Assembly: GCA_031367345.1 (NCBI GenBank) | Contig: JANLPR010000118.1 | Span: forward strand, 42,708 to 106,707 | From: Bacteroidota bacterium | GTDB taxonomy: Bacteria; Bacteroidota; Bacteroidia; AKYH767-A; 2013-40CM-41-45 | Direction: 5' to 3' | DNA length: 64,000 bases | Shown here: positions 20,577 to 29,727 of the stretch, in pieces | Numbering within the stretch: position 1 is the stretch's first letter | Layout: every line of letters begins with the position of its first letter | Notes under the pieces: generated by a model | Databases searched by the model: none | The model's input: only the letters and a program-made list of their open reading frames with translations | What the model was told of the DNA's origin: nothing | Program-made: the position numbers and the translations under genes

Positions 20577-21959
20577 TCAATTTAAAGGGACAATACTTGA
20601 TTCGCCTGACACAACTGAAAATTCTTTTTCAATTGTATAAAGGCTTTCTCTTGAATTTTTTGGTCTATAAATAACTTTGTATTTTCCCGGTTGTAAAATA
20701 ATTGTTTGCTTTGGAACATTGCTATCCAAATTACAAACCCACTTCAACAATGATTTCTCATAGGTATAAATGCTTCCGAAACCTTGATTACTTGTTAGCA
20801 AAGTCAATATACCCGGATGAGGCACAGCTACAGTAGTCAGTTTTGATTGAGCAACATCTACATTATCCAAATTAATTCGTGGTAACGTTAAGACCTCCAA
20901 ATCATATTTACCTACAAGGTATTTATCGGTGCTATTCACGTCCTGAACATTCAATGTTATTAGGCTTCCTTTCAGTCGTATGATGCATTGCGTTTTTTTA
21001 TATTCCGAAGGGCCATCGAATTTTACTAAGAGGTCACCTTGAGCAGCATCGATTCCAACTATTGTATGCTTTCCCGGCGTCAAGAAAATTGAATCTTTAA
21101 TTACAGGAGGAATAGTATGAACAACAATTTTATAAAAGGGGAGAGGATCTATTACCAATGTATCCGGATTACCTTTTGAGTTAATGGTATGGATAAAATT
21201 ATATTTGTCTAAGCCTGTAAACTTATCATAAAAGGTCATGTTTACGTTCGTCTCGGTCGGATTGTGATTTACGTCGAGTAAATTTACTTGCAGTGTCGTA
21301 TTGTTGAGTGCTTGAGAAATAACAATATTCAAAGCATCTCTAAACATCGTTTCATTGGTTGCATCAAAATACCTTCCAACACATTCAAATGTTTTTTTAA
21401 GTAAATCATCCAATCCCAATCCAATGACAAATGGTTTTAAAAAAATTCCTTTTTTCTGAAGAGCTTGTGAGATTGCACAAGGGTCACCACCGCATTCTTC
21501 AATGCCATCTGTAATTAAGATAATAATATTCCTAGAGGGAGATGATGGAAAATCATTAGCACACAATTCAAGTGATTTAGCAATAGGAGTAGTGCCACGC
21601 GGGATAATACTTTTCAAAACCTCTTGGATCCTCGAAATATTTCCTCTTGAAAAAGGGACTTCCAACTTACTATCATCACAATCTTGTGGAGGAAATGGTT
21701 TTTGATGACCATAGACCCTTAATGCTACCTCAATATCTCTAACATATCGCAAGCTATCCATTAGTTGAGTCATTAATCTCTTAGCCACATCGATTTTAGT
21801 ACCTGATTGCCATTTGCCATACATGGATTGAGAAGCATCAAATAAAAATTCAATACGTGTAAGTTGAGGCTTTTCATTTTTTTGCTGAGCAGAGCTATGA
21901 TTGCAAAAAAGAAGAAGCCCAATAATAAAAGTAACGCTATGTAGTTTAAAATTTCTGAT
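20577..21959 (-). CDS. Secreted von Willebrand factor type A (VWA) domain protein. Its true start is upstream of the first ATG (21824), probably at the ATC at 21959 or the ATT at 21971
   Basis: The open frame continues upstream of the first Met and encodes ...RNFKLHSVTFIIGLLLFCNHSSAQQKNEKPQLTRIEFLFDASQSM-YGKW. That is a signal peptide plus the MIDAS DxSxS strand. The VWA body continues with IILITDGIEECGGDPC. Confidence 0.65.
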   Translation of the reverse strand: MRNFKLHSVTFIIGLLLFCNHSSAQQKNEKPQLTRIEFLFDASQSMYGKWQSGTKIDVAKRLMTQLMDSLRYVRDIEVALRVYGHQKPFPPQDCDDSKLEVPFSRGNISRIQEVLKSIIPRGTTPIAKSLELCANDFPSSPSRNIIILITDGIEECGGDPCAISQALQKKGIFLKPFVIGLGLDDLLKKTFECVGRYFDATNETMFRDALNIVISQALNNTTLQVNLLDVNHNPTETNVNMTFYDKFTGLDKYNFIHTINSKGNPDTLVIDPLPFYKIVVHTIPPVIKDSIFLTPGKHTIVGIDAAQGDLLVKFDGPSEYKKTQCIIRLKGSLITLNVQDVNSTDKYLVGKYDLEVLTLPRINLDNVDVAQSKLTTVAVPHPGILTLLTSNQGFGSIYTYEKSLLKWVCNLDSNVPKQTIILQPGKYKVIYRPKNSRESLYTIEKEFSVVSGESSIVPLN

Positions 21960-21970
21960 AAGAACGTAAA

Positions 21971-22816
21971 TTAAAAATCGCCTAATGTTTCTTCTAATTG
22001 CGCCAATGCTTTTTCTGTTTGCTCAGCATTAGGAGCTATACCATGCCATTTATGTGAGCCCATCATAAAATCAACACCTTGTCCCATTTCTGTTTTCATG
22101 AGAATACAAACAGGCTTTCCTTTACCGCATAGCGTTTTTGCTGTATCGAGCGTTTCAATAGTGCTTTGCATTTTGTTTCCATTCATCTCTAGTACTGTCC
22201 AACCGAAGCTTTCAAATTTTGGTCGTAAATCACCATAAGGAAGTACGTGTTCTACTGAACCATCAATTTGTTGTAAGTTTACATCTACTGTAACAATAAT
22301 ATTGTCAACTTTTTTTGCTCCGGCATACATAATCGCTTCCCAAATTTGACCTTCTTCCATTTCACCATCACCACATAGACAATAAACGAGATGATTATCT
22401 TTCAACATTTTTTTTGAAAGTGCTGCGCCAATGGCAACACTGATACCTTGTCCTAAAGATCCGCTGGCTATACGTACACCGGGAAGCTTTTCATGGGTTG
22501 TAGGATGACCCTGCAAGCGAGAATTAATTTTTCTGAAAGTATTTAATTCAGCAATCTCAAAATATCCTACTCTAGAAAGCACACTATAAAAGGCAGGAGA
22601 AATATGACCATTACTTAAAAAGAAAAGGTCTTCATTCACTCCGTCCATTTTAAACAGATCTGCTTGAATAGTCATTTGACGAAAGTAGAGTGCAACTAGA
22701 AAATCGGCACAGCCTAGAGACCCACCGGGGTGTCCTGAATTGGCTAAATGAACTTGACGAACGATATCACGCCTAACTTGAGAGGCAATTTTTTCTAATT
22801 CTTGAGTCGATTTCAT
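21971..22816 (-). CDS. Transketolase, N-terminal (TPP-binding) subunit. The likely start is the Met at 22816; the track ORF extends to 22909
   Basis: HLANSGHPGGSLGCADFL, GDGEMEEGQIWEA, and the GSLGQG TPP-binding motif. Confidence 0.85.
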   Translation of the reverse strand: MKSTQELEKIASQVRRDIVRQVHLANSGHPGGSLGCADFLVALYFRQMTIQADLFKMDGVNEDLFFLSNGHISPAFYSVLSRVGYFEIAELNTFRKINSRLQGHPTTHEKLPGVRIASGSLGQGISVAIGAALSKKMLKDNHLVYCLCGDGEMEEGQIWEAIMYAGAKKVDNIIVTVDVNLQQIDGSVEHVLPYGDLRPKFESFGWTVLEMNGNKMQSTIETLDTAKTLCGKGKPVCILMKTEMGQGVDFMMGSHKWHGIAPNAEQTEKALAQLEETLGDF

Positions 22817-22963
22817 AGATTTGTATTGAAATGAATTTGCCTTAAAAGTACAGTTATGAGATAAAATCACCCACTGCAAAATCAGTTTTTTATCACTAAA
22901 TATTAACAAAAAATAAACGAAAAAAAGAGGAATTAATTGTTGACATCAACAACAGCATGACTC

Positions 22964-23350
22964 TCAAAAATCAAAAAAATCATCCAATGCTCTCCGTTCT
23001 TGTTTGGTTGGTCTTCCGGTTCCCGGGTCTCGAAAAATACTTATCCTTGAAATGCGCGATTTATAGGCTTCAATATCAGCCTGCGGCGTAAGATCCTCAC
23101 AATATTCAGGTACCAATTTAGCCGCCATCCGATTACTTGAAATTTGTAGAACCTTCAAAGTTCGTGTTAAGCCGGTCCTTTTTACCTGAATAATATCGTT
23201 TAATTTAATTGCTCTACTGGGTTTGGCCTGCTGATCATTTACTAAAATTTTCCCTTGTTCACAGGCAGTAGTGGCAAGAGAACGTGTTTTGTACATCCGA
23301 ACCGACCACAGCCATTTATCAAGTCGTACCTTACCATCCTCATTTTCCAT
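22964..23350 (-). CDS. hslR: S4-domain RNA-binding protein (Hsp15/HslR-like)
   Basis: VRLDKWLWSVRMYKTRSLATTACEQGKILVNDQQAKPS carries the S4 motif. Confidence 0.75.
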   Translation of the reverse strand: MENEDGKVRLDKWLWSVRMYKTRSLATTACEQGKILVNDQQAKPSRAIKLNDIIQVKRTGLTRTLKVLQISSNRMAAKLVPEYCEDLTPQADIEAYKSRISRISIFRDPGTGRPTKQERRALDDFFDF

Positions 23351-23456
23351 ACTTACAAAGATAAGCAGAGGATGTAAATAAAATAAAGATTATTTTAGCG
23401 ACAGAAAAAGTTTCTTATTCATCGAAAAATAAGAATTGTCATTATAACAAAATTTT

Positions 23457-24482
23457 ATGCTAGCTGAAGAATACAATAAAAAATTTGCGCGTCGATTTGT
23501 GATCAGCGGAATAATAATTTGCTTAATCCTTTTTTATTTTACGCTTAAAATTTTTCTAGATGGTTTTTTAGGATCAATAATCCTATATGTTTTGTTTCGA
23601 CCAATGATGAGAAAATTAGTTGAAGTGAAAAAATGGAGAAAATCATTAGCAGCTCTTTTGATTATCCTTGTAAGTTTTTTTATTGTCTTCGTGCCTGTAT
23701 ATTGGATTGCGTCTTTGATCATACCAAGAATTTATATTATATTTTCGAAAGGTTCTCTTTTAATGGAAAGCGTTTTAAAGGCTGATCAAAAAATTGCTGA
23801 TTTGACGAGTTTTCATTTGCTAACTGCGGACGCTATTTCTTCATTACAATCAGCAGCAACCGGAATGATAACAAATATTCTCGGAGAATCACTTAATATA
23901 ATTACCGACCTGGCATTGTTGTATTTATTCTTTTATTATTTATTGACCAACACAGGAACAATCGAAAAATACTTAGAAAGAATTATCCCTTTTTCAAAAG
24001 ATAAATTCGATCAATTTGCAAAAGAGCTAGAAGATCAAACCAAGAGTAATGCGATAGGCATTCCGTTGCTTGCTTTATGCCAAGGAATTTTTGCATCAGT
24101 AGGCTATTGGATATTTGGAATTCCTGAACCATTTTTCTGGGGCATCATGACAGGATTCTTTTCGCTACTGCCAATCTTAGGTTCGGCAATTATTTGGATC
24201 CCTGCAGCACTCTATCAACTTTCATTAGGATTTACATGGCAAGCAATAGCCATTTCTGTTTATGGAATTGTTGTGATAGGTACAGTCGACAATGTCTTTC
24301 GACTAGTATTCCAAAAAAAGTTTGCAGATGTACATCCATTAATTACCATCGTAGGATTGATTGTTGGGCTTCAACTTTTCGGCATTCCCGGAGTCATTTT
24401 TGGACCTTTACTCATCAGCTATTTTGTTCTGCTGGTAAAGATTTTTGTAAACGAGTTTCTAGAAGGGAAAACAGAAGAGTAA
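23457..24482 (+). CDS. AI-2E family transporter (PerM/UPF0118)
   Basis: 8 TM helices, with the family's characteristic spacing and C-terminal GxPL region (FGIPGVIFGPLL). Confidence 0.75.
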   Translation: MLAEEYNKKFARRFVISGIIICLILFYFTLKIFLDGFLGSIILYVLFRPMMRKLVEVKKWRKSLAALLIILVSFFIVFVPVYWIASLIIPRIYIIFSKGSLLMESVLKADQKIADLTSFHLLTADAISSLQSAATGMITNILGESLNIITDLALLYLFFYYLLTNTGTIEKYLERIIPFSKDKFDQFAKELEDQTKSNAIGIPLLALCQGIFASVGYWIFGIPEPFFWGIMTGFFSLLPILGSAIIWIPAALYQLSLGFTWQAIAISVYGIVVIGTVDNVFRLVFQKKFADVHPLITIVGLIVGLQLFGIPGVIFGPLLISYFVLLVKIFVNEFLEGKTEE

Positions 24483-26054
24483 TCAGTCTTCTCTGCGAAT
24501 AAAAATATCTTCTTTCTTTGTTGGTTTATTTTCTTCCAACCATTTAAAACCTTTCAGTCGAAGTTCATTTATAGCAAGCTCTTTGATTGGGAATAACGTT
24601 CCATCCGGTTCATTAAGCAACGAAATTCCCTTGACTTTATTCTCGTCAACATAAATAATCAAGTCACTACATTCTGCTCTGTTCACACCAAAATTTTTCT
24701 GCTTTTTATTTTTAGTATAATAAATAGTTTGACCGTTACCATTCACATCAATTCTAAAAAGTTTATTCTTGGAAAGAAATCCGATCATACTTTTACCTTT
24801 AATTTGATTGAATTGAAGAGAGTCTTTATTAACATTTTCTACACTGTCGGCTTTAGCAGCAATAAAAGAATTGCCATTTAAAAAAATGTGCGTAATTTCT
24901 GAATTAGCAACTTGCAATGAAATACTGTCAGCAAGTAATTGATTTGCACCCGACCAAATTATCGGAGAACGAAACAATCGAATAGTGGAATCTTTTGCAG
25001 CATAAACCAAAGAATCGCATGACCCTTGCAAATCGCTTTTGAATAATTTTACATGGTGAAAAGCGTAGATATCTTTCTTCTTATTAGCTGTATCGTTCAG
25101 TTGATTCCCTATAGCTAGCAAAGTGTCACCATGCAAAAACAAAGAATCGTTGTCGACAAGTTGAGTCATGATGGCATGGCCAGTAACCCAACTACTGTCT
25201 GTATTTTCGTGGTACTCGCCATAATCTCCACCAATTATTATTTTGTTAGTAGTATCGGTGATAGCAACATTTCCAAAAACTTTTCCAAGACCTTTTAACC
25301 TATCATAATAAACAGAATCCCCTTCGAGCTTTTGGTCTTTAGTTTGGAGATAAGAATTTTTCTTGAAATTGGATCTCTGTGAATCTGTATTATACCAACC
25401 ACTTTCACAATAAATTAAATTCTCCTTTGATCGAATAAAAGTTGGACCGAGGAAGTAGGCTGTTTTGTTAAGTGTATTGTATTTCAACGTGTCGCAATTC
25501 ATCGTATAGCGAGGATTGACTAAAAGAACATTTTTACGAAAAAAAAGATCGTGAGATTGGCTATAAAAATAACCTGTTTTAGAAGTCAATGTATTTTGGC
25601 CATCCACAATATGTGCACTATCGTTGTAGAAGGCTATATCTTTTTCAAGGCTATAATCAATTTGACTCGTATTCAACGTCATTTTCCTATCCGACATAAT
25701 TACATTTTCAGTAACTCTGGCGTTCTTTGTATTTCCATCATAGTTCAGATGATTACCGGTAAGAGTTATCGAATCGCCTTGTGTAATACGAATATTATTA
25801 AAAGCTTCTAATCTATTTTCGTCACGGAAAAGGTAAGCGCTATCGCAGTACATCATAGCATTTTGATGTTTGAACACTACATTTCCTAAAAGCCTTGTTG
25901 CCTTAGCATTTACCGATTGATCAAATTCACTAACATCAGCATGTATTAATTCAATTTTCTCCGGCTTTTGTCCGCTGGAAAAAAAAGCAATAAATACGAA
26001 AACACAAAGGAAACCGCAGAAGCGTATGGATCTTTTCACTTTCGAAAAATACAA
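24483..26054 (-). CDS. Secreted OstA/LptD-N-like beta-jellyroll repeat protein (hypothetical)
   Basis: Signal peptide, plus repeated Asn/Asp-rich strands similar to OstA-N. Weak assignment. Confidence 0.35.
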   Translation of the reverse strand: MYFSKVKRSIRFCGFLCVFVFIAFFSSGQKPEKIELIHADVSEFDQSVNAKATRLLGNVVFKHQNAMMYCDSAYLFRDENRLEAFNNIRITQGDSITLTGNHLNYDGNTKNARVTENVIMSDRKMTLNTSQIDYSLEKDIAFYNDSAHIVDGQNTLTSKTGYFYSQSHDLFFRKNVLLVNPRYTMNCDTLKYNTLNKTAYFLGPTFIRSKENLIYCESGWYNTDSQRSNFKKNSYLQTKDQKLEGDSVYYDRLKGLGKVFGNVAITDTTNKIIIGGDYGEYHENTDSSWVTGHAIMTQLVDNDSLFLHGDTLLAIGNQLNDTANKKKDIYAFHHVKLFKSDLQGSCDSLVYAAKDSTIRLFRSPIIWSGANQLLADSISLQVANSEITHIFLNGNSFIAAKADSVENVNKDSLQFNQIKGKSMIGFLSKNKLFRIDVNGNGQTIYYTKNKKQKNFGVNRAECSDLIIYVDENKVKGISLLNEPDGTLFPIKELAINELRLKGFKWLEENKPTKKEDIFIRRED

Positions 26055-26095
26055 AAAAGAGTGGAGTTATTAAGAAGAATTACGGGACGAGCAGA

Positions 26096-27133
26096 TTAAC
26101 GCGAAGCCATAAAATCCCACACCTGACTACTTACTTTGGAAAGCACTTGTTTCAACTCATCTTGCTTTGTTCCTTTTGTCATTACAGTAATAAGATATGG
26201 TTTATTATTGCAATACACAATACCGGTTTCATGCAATTGTTGTTCGGTTGGAGTAAACTTCTCACCAAATTTGTGAGCAATTTCCACTCCTTTAGGTAAA
26301 GATTTTTCAATACCATCGTGGAATTTACTTTTAGACAATAGTGTCATTGCATATTCTGAGTTGTCCGAACTTAAAATACCAGAGTTATAAATAAGACGTA
26401 AAAGGCGACTAACCTGTATGGCATTTAAAGGGTAATCTGCTTGATAAATAGATGGTATTTCAAGATTGATACCTTTCAGAATTGTAAAATAGGTAGTAAA
26501 ATCCATTGTTGAATTTAACAAAGCAGTCGCATCGTTATTTGAATCAGTAATCATTCTCGAAAGCAATTCTTTTACAGAATAATATTTTCCTTCTTGTAAC
26601 TCCTCTACGACAATAGATTGAGTTGGAAGTTCTGAAATATGAGTAGAAAATTTTATTTTTTTGTTTAAAAGGCTTGGGTCACGTTCAGATTCTTTCAAAA
26701 ATGTAATCAACGTCATGATTTTCATAACACTTCCCGGACTATATTTTTCATCGGGATTGATAGCAAACCATTTACCTTTATTAAACTCCCTAACATACAC
26801 CGAAACGGAAGTGATTGCTCCGCTACTCTTCTCAAGTGAAATAAAGTTGTCGATTGAGCTTTTAAGTTCCAAAAACATTGGATCTTCTTCCTTTGTATCA
26901 GTCATTAAAAGAGGCGCAACATACTTGTAAGAATTGTCGCGCATCAAATCGATGTCACAATTATTTTTGCTTTCGATTTTCTCTATTACTTTTACAGGGT
27001 GTAAACTAATGTAAAAAAGTACCCCTGTAAAAATGATTACCGTTACTAAGAGATAGGCTAACGGAATTCGTTTGGATAAAAATGTCATTTGATTTAAAAG
27101 ATGGACGTAAAAATACTTCTTTTTTTCATACAT
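26096..27133 (-). CDS. Membrane-anchored serine hydrolase with a class-A beta-lactamase-like fold
   Basis: N-terminal TM helix, then SxxK (PGSVMK), an SDN-like loop (TDSNNDATALL), and K[TG]G (MTKGTK). Confidence 0.55.
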   Translation of the reverse strand: MYEKKKYFYVHLLNQMTFLSKRIPLAYLLVTVIIFTGVLFYISLHPVKVIEKIESKNNCDIDLMRDNSYKYVAPLLMTDTKEEDPMFLELKSSIDNFISLEKSSGAITSVSVYVREFNKGKWFAINPDEKYSPGSVMKIMTLITFLKESERDPSLLNKKIKFSTHISELPTQSIVVEELQEGKYYSVKELLSRMITDSNNDATALLNSTMDFTTYFTILKGINLEIPSIYQADYPLNAIQVSRLLRLIYNSGILSSDNSEYAMTLLSKSKFHDGIEKSLPKGVEIAHKFGEKFTPTEQQLHETGIVYCNNKPYLITVMTKGTKQDELKQVLSKVSSQVWDFMASR

Positions 27134-29674
27134 CGCAAAGCGCTATTATTAATTCATACTTATTACAAACTCTCCAAAGTGCAGATTTTCACAAATTTAT
27201 ATGTTGAGGTTTTATTGCCGTTGCCCTTAGGAAAGCTATTTACATATGCTGTTCCGGAAGAATTTGCGGATGAAATAATCGTTGGAAAGCGGGTAATTGT
27301 CCCATTTGGCAGGTCGAAGATTTATTCCGGCTTAATAAAAAAAGTACTTTCTAACCATTCAGATCCAAAAAATTTAAAAAGCATTCAGGGGGTTCTGGAT
27401 AATGAACCTTTGGTGAACGATAAGCAGCTTTCGTTATGGGAATGGATGTCGGAATATTATATGTGCAGCCAAGGAGAGGTCATGAACAGTGCTTTGCCCT
27501 CAGCCTTAAAGCTGGCAAGTGAAACGAAAGTAGTGATTGCTGAAGATGTAGATTTGGGAAATGAAGATTTAAATGAAAATGAAGAACAGCTGATTCATGC
27601 CTTATTGAAGAATAAAGAGATGACAATAGATGAGATCTCCAAATTGCTCAACAAAAGTTCAGTTCATCAATTACTCAAGAAGGCAGTAGAAAAAGGGTTG
27701 GTAATCTTAACCGAAGAGGTGAATCCCCGCTATAAACCTAAATATGAGGCACGACTTCGTTTATCAGAAAATTACAAAATAGAAAAAGAGTTATCAAATT
27801 TGTTTATAGAATTAGAACAAGACCCAAGAAGAGCGAAACAATTGGAAACGCTTATGGTCTTTTTAAAATATTTGTACGAAGAAAGCGACAGATTATCAAT
27901 TAAAAAATCTTCAATTCTAAATCATACCGATGTTTCTAAAAGTTCATTAACAACATTAGTTAAGAATGGAATTTTGGTTGAGTTTAATATTAAAGTAGAT
28001 CGAATTCCTGTTGCTACAGGTGAAGTAATTCCACCGGCTCATCTTTCAGCAAATCAAAATTTGGCCTATGAAAAAGTAAAAGAAACTTTTTTAGAACACG
28101 ATGTTACGTTATTGCATGGCGTTACTTCGAGTGGCAAAACTGAATTGTATATTCATCTAATTGATGAAGCAATAAAAAGCGGAAAGCAAGTTTTATACTT
28201 ACTACCTGAAATTGCTTTGACTACACAAATAATTACACGACTTCAAAAACATTTTGGAAAAAAAGTCGGCGTTTATCATAGCAGATATTCAGGAAATGAA
28301 AGAGTGGAAGTTTGGAATCATGTTTTAAATTTTAATGCCAACAACAAAGAACAACAATCATCAATCATTCTTGGAGCCCGTTCCTCGTTATTTTTACCAT
28401 ATAGCAAACTTGGATTAGTTATAGTAGATGAGGAACACGATTCCAGTTACAAACAAAACGATCCTGCGCCCAGATATAATGGTCGTGATACAGCAATTGT
28501 TCTGGCTAAAATTCATAGTGCTAAAACACTAATAGGTTCGGCAACACCGTCCATGGAATCTTATTCCAATGCACTTCAGAACAGATACGGATTGGTTAAA
28601 TTGAATGAGCGACATGGGGGAATGAAATTACCTGAAATAATCATTTCAGATATCGCAGAAGCGAAAAGAAAGAAAATGATGAAATCTATTTTTTCTCCAA
28701 AACTTATAGAAAGTATAAAAGAAGCACTCGATAACAAAGAACAAGTAATTTTATTCCAAAACCGACGAGGATTTTCTCCTTTCATCGAATGCCGCCAATG
28801 CAATTGGATTCCGCATTGCAAAAATTGTTCTGTTACACTAACTTATCATAAGCAGAGCAAAGCATTAAAGTGTCATTACTGTGGGTATCTAGAAAATCTA
28901 CCGTCAATCTGTCCCAATTGTCATGACTATCATTTACAGGAAAAAGGATTCGGTACTGAAAAGATAGAAGAGGAGATCGCAATATTTTTCCCGGATGCAA
29001 GAGTTGCTCGTATGGATTTAGATTCTACCAGAACACGCTCATCATTTCAGAGAATAATATCAGAATTCGAAGACCGACAAATAGATATTTTAGTTGGAAC
29101 ACAAATGGTGACGAAAGGGCTAGACTTTGACAATGTAAGCACCATCGGAATAATTAATGCAGATCAGTTATTGAACTTCCCCGACTTTAGAGCATTTGAA
29201 CGGAGCTATCAATTAATGTCGCAGGTAAGTGGCAGATCAGGCAGGAAATTTAAACAGGGCAAAGTAATAATACAAACTACTCAACCAAATCATTGGGTGA
29301 TTGCCGAAGTTGTAAAACACGACTACGAAGGATTTTACAATCGAGATATAATTGAACGTAACCGCTTTGGTTATCCACCACACAGTAGACTTATAGAAAT
29401 AAAAATGCGCCATAGAGATGCAGAGTTAATTCAAGACGCTAGTAATGCTTTTGGTATACTATTACGCAATTCATTGGGATCAAGAGTAACCGGTCCGCAT
29501 CTTCCATTAGTTTCAAAAATTCGAAATCAATACTACCGACATTTTTTAATTAAGATTGAAAAAGGATCAAGCACATCGGAAGTAAAAAAAATGATACGTA
29601 CAGATATTCAACATTTTTTTGAAAAGAAAGAATATCATCCAGTACAATTAATCATTGATGTTGATCCACAATAA
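27101..29674 (+). CDS. priA: Primosomal protein N' (replication-restart helicase PriA). Alternative GTG start at 27179
   Basis: Walker A GVTSSGKTE, DEEH box (VIVDEEHDSSYK), and a Cys-rich zinc-binding insert (CRQCNW..CKNC......CHYCG). Confidence 0.9.
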   Translation: MDVKILLFFIHRKALLLIHTYYKLSKVQIFTNLYVEVLLPLPLGKLFTYAVPEEFADEIIVGKRVIVPFGRSKIYSGLIKKVLSNHSDPKNLKSIQGVLDNEPLVNDKQLSLWEWMSEYYMCSQGEVMNSALPSALKLASETKVVIAEDVDLGNEDLNENEEQLIHALLKNKEMTIDEISKLLNKSSVHQLLKKAVEKGLVILTEEVNPRYKPKYEARLRLSENYKIEKELSNLFIELEQDPRRAKQLETLMVFLKYLYEESDRLSIKKSSILNHTDVSKSSLTTLVKNGILVEFNIKVDRIPVATGEVIPPAHLSANQNLAYEKVKETFLEHDVTLLHGVTSSGKTELYIHLIDEAIKSGKQVLYLLPEIALTTQIITRLQKHFGKKVGVYHSRYSGNERVEVWNHVLNFNANNKEQQSSIILGARSSLFLPYSKLGLVIVDEEHDSSYKQNDPAPRYNGRDTAIVLAKIHSAKTLIGSATPSMESYSNALQNRYGLVKLNERHGGMKLPEIIISDIAEAKRKKMMKSIFSPKLIESIKEALDNKEQVILFQNRRGFSPFIECRQCNWIPHCKNCSVTLTYHKQSKALKCHYCGYLENLPSICPNCHDYHLQEKGFGTEKIEEEIAIFFPDARVARMDLDSTRTRSSFQRIISEFEDRQIDILVGTQMVTKGLDFDNVSTIGIINADQLLNFPDFRAFERSYQLMSQVSGRSGRKFKQGKVIIQTTQPNHWVIAEVVKHDYEGFYNRDIIERNRFGYPPHSRLIEIKMRHRDAELIQDASNAFGILLRNSLGSRVTGPHLPLVSKIRNQYYRHFLIKIEKGSSTSEVKKMIRTDIQHFFEKKEYHPVQLIIDVDPQ

Positions 29675-29692
29675 TTTTTAGCTGAGAAAAAA

Positions 29693-29719
29693 AAAGTCCG
29701 CTTTTTTGAAGCGGACTTT
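29693..29719. terminator. Bidirectional intrinsic terminator between priA (+) and the PKD adhesin gene (-)
   Basis: An A9 run, an 8-bp stem (gtccgctt / aagcggac) with loop ttttg, then TTT. Confidence 0.7.
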
Positions 29720-29727
29720 AAATATCA

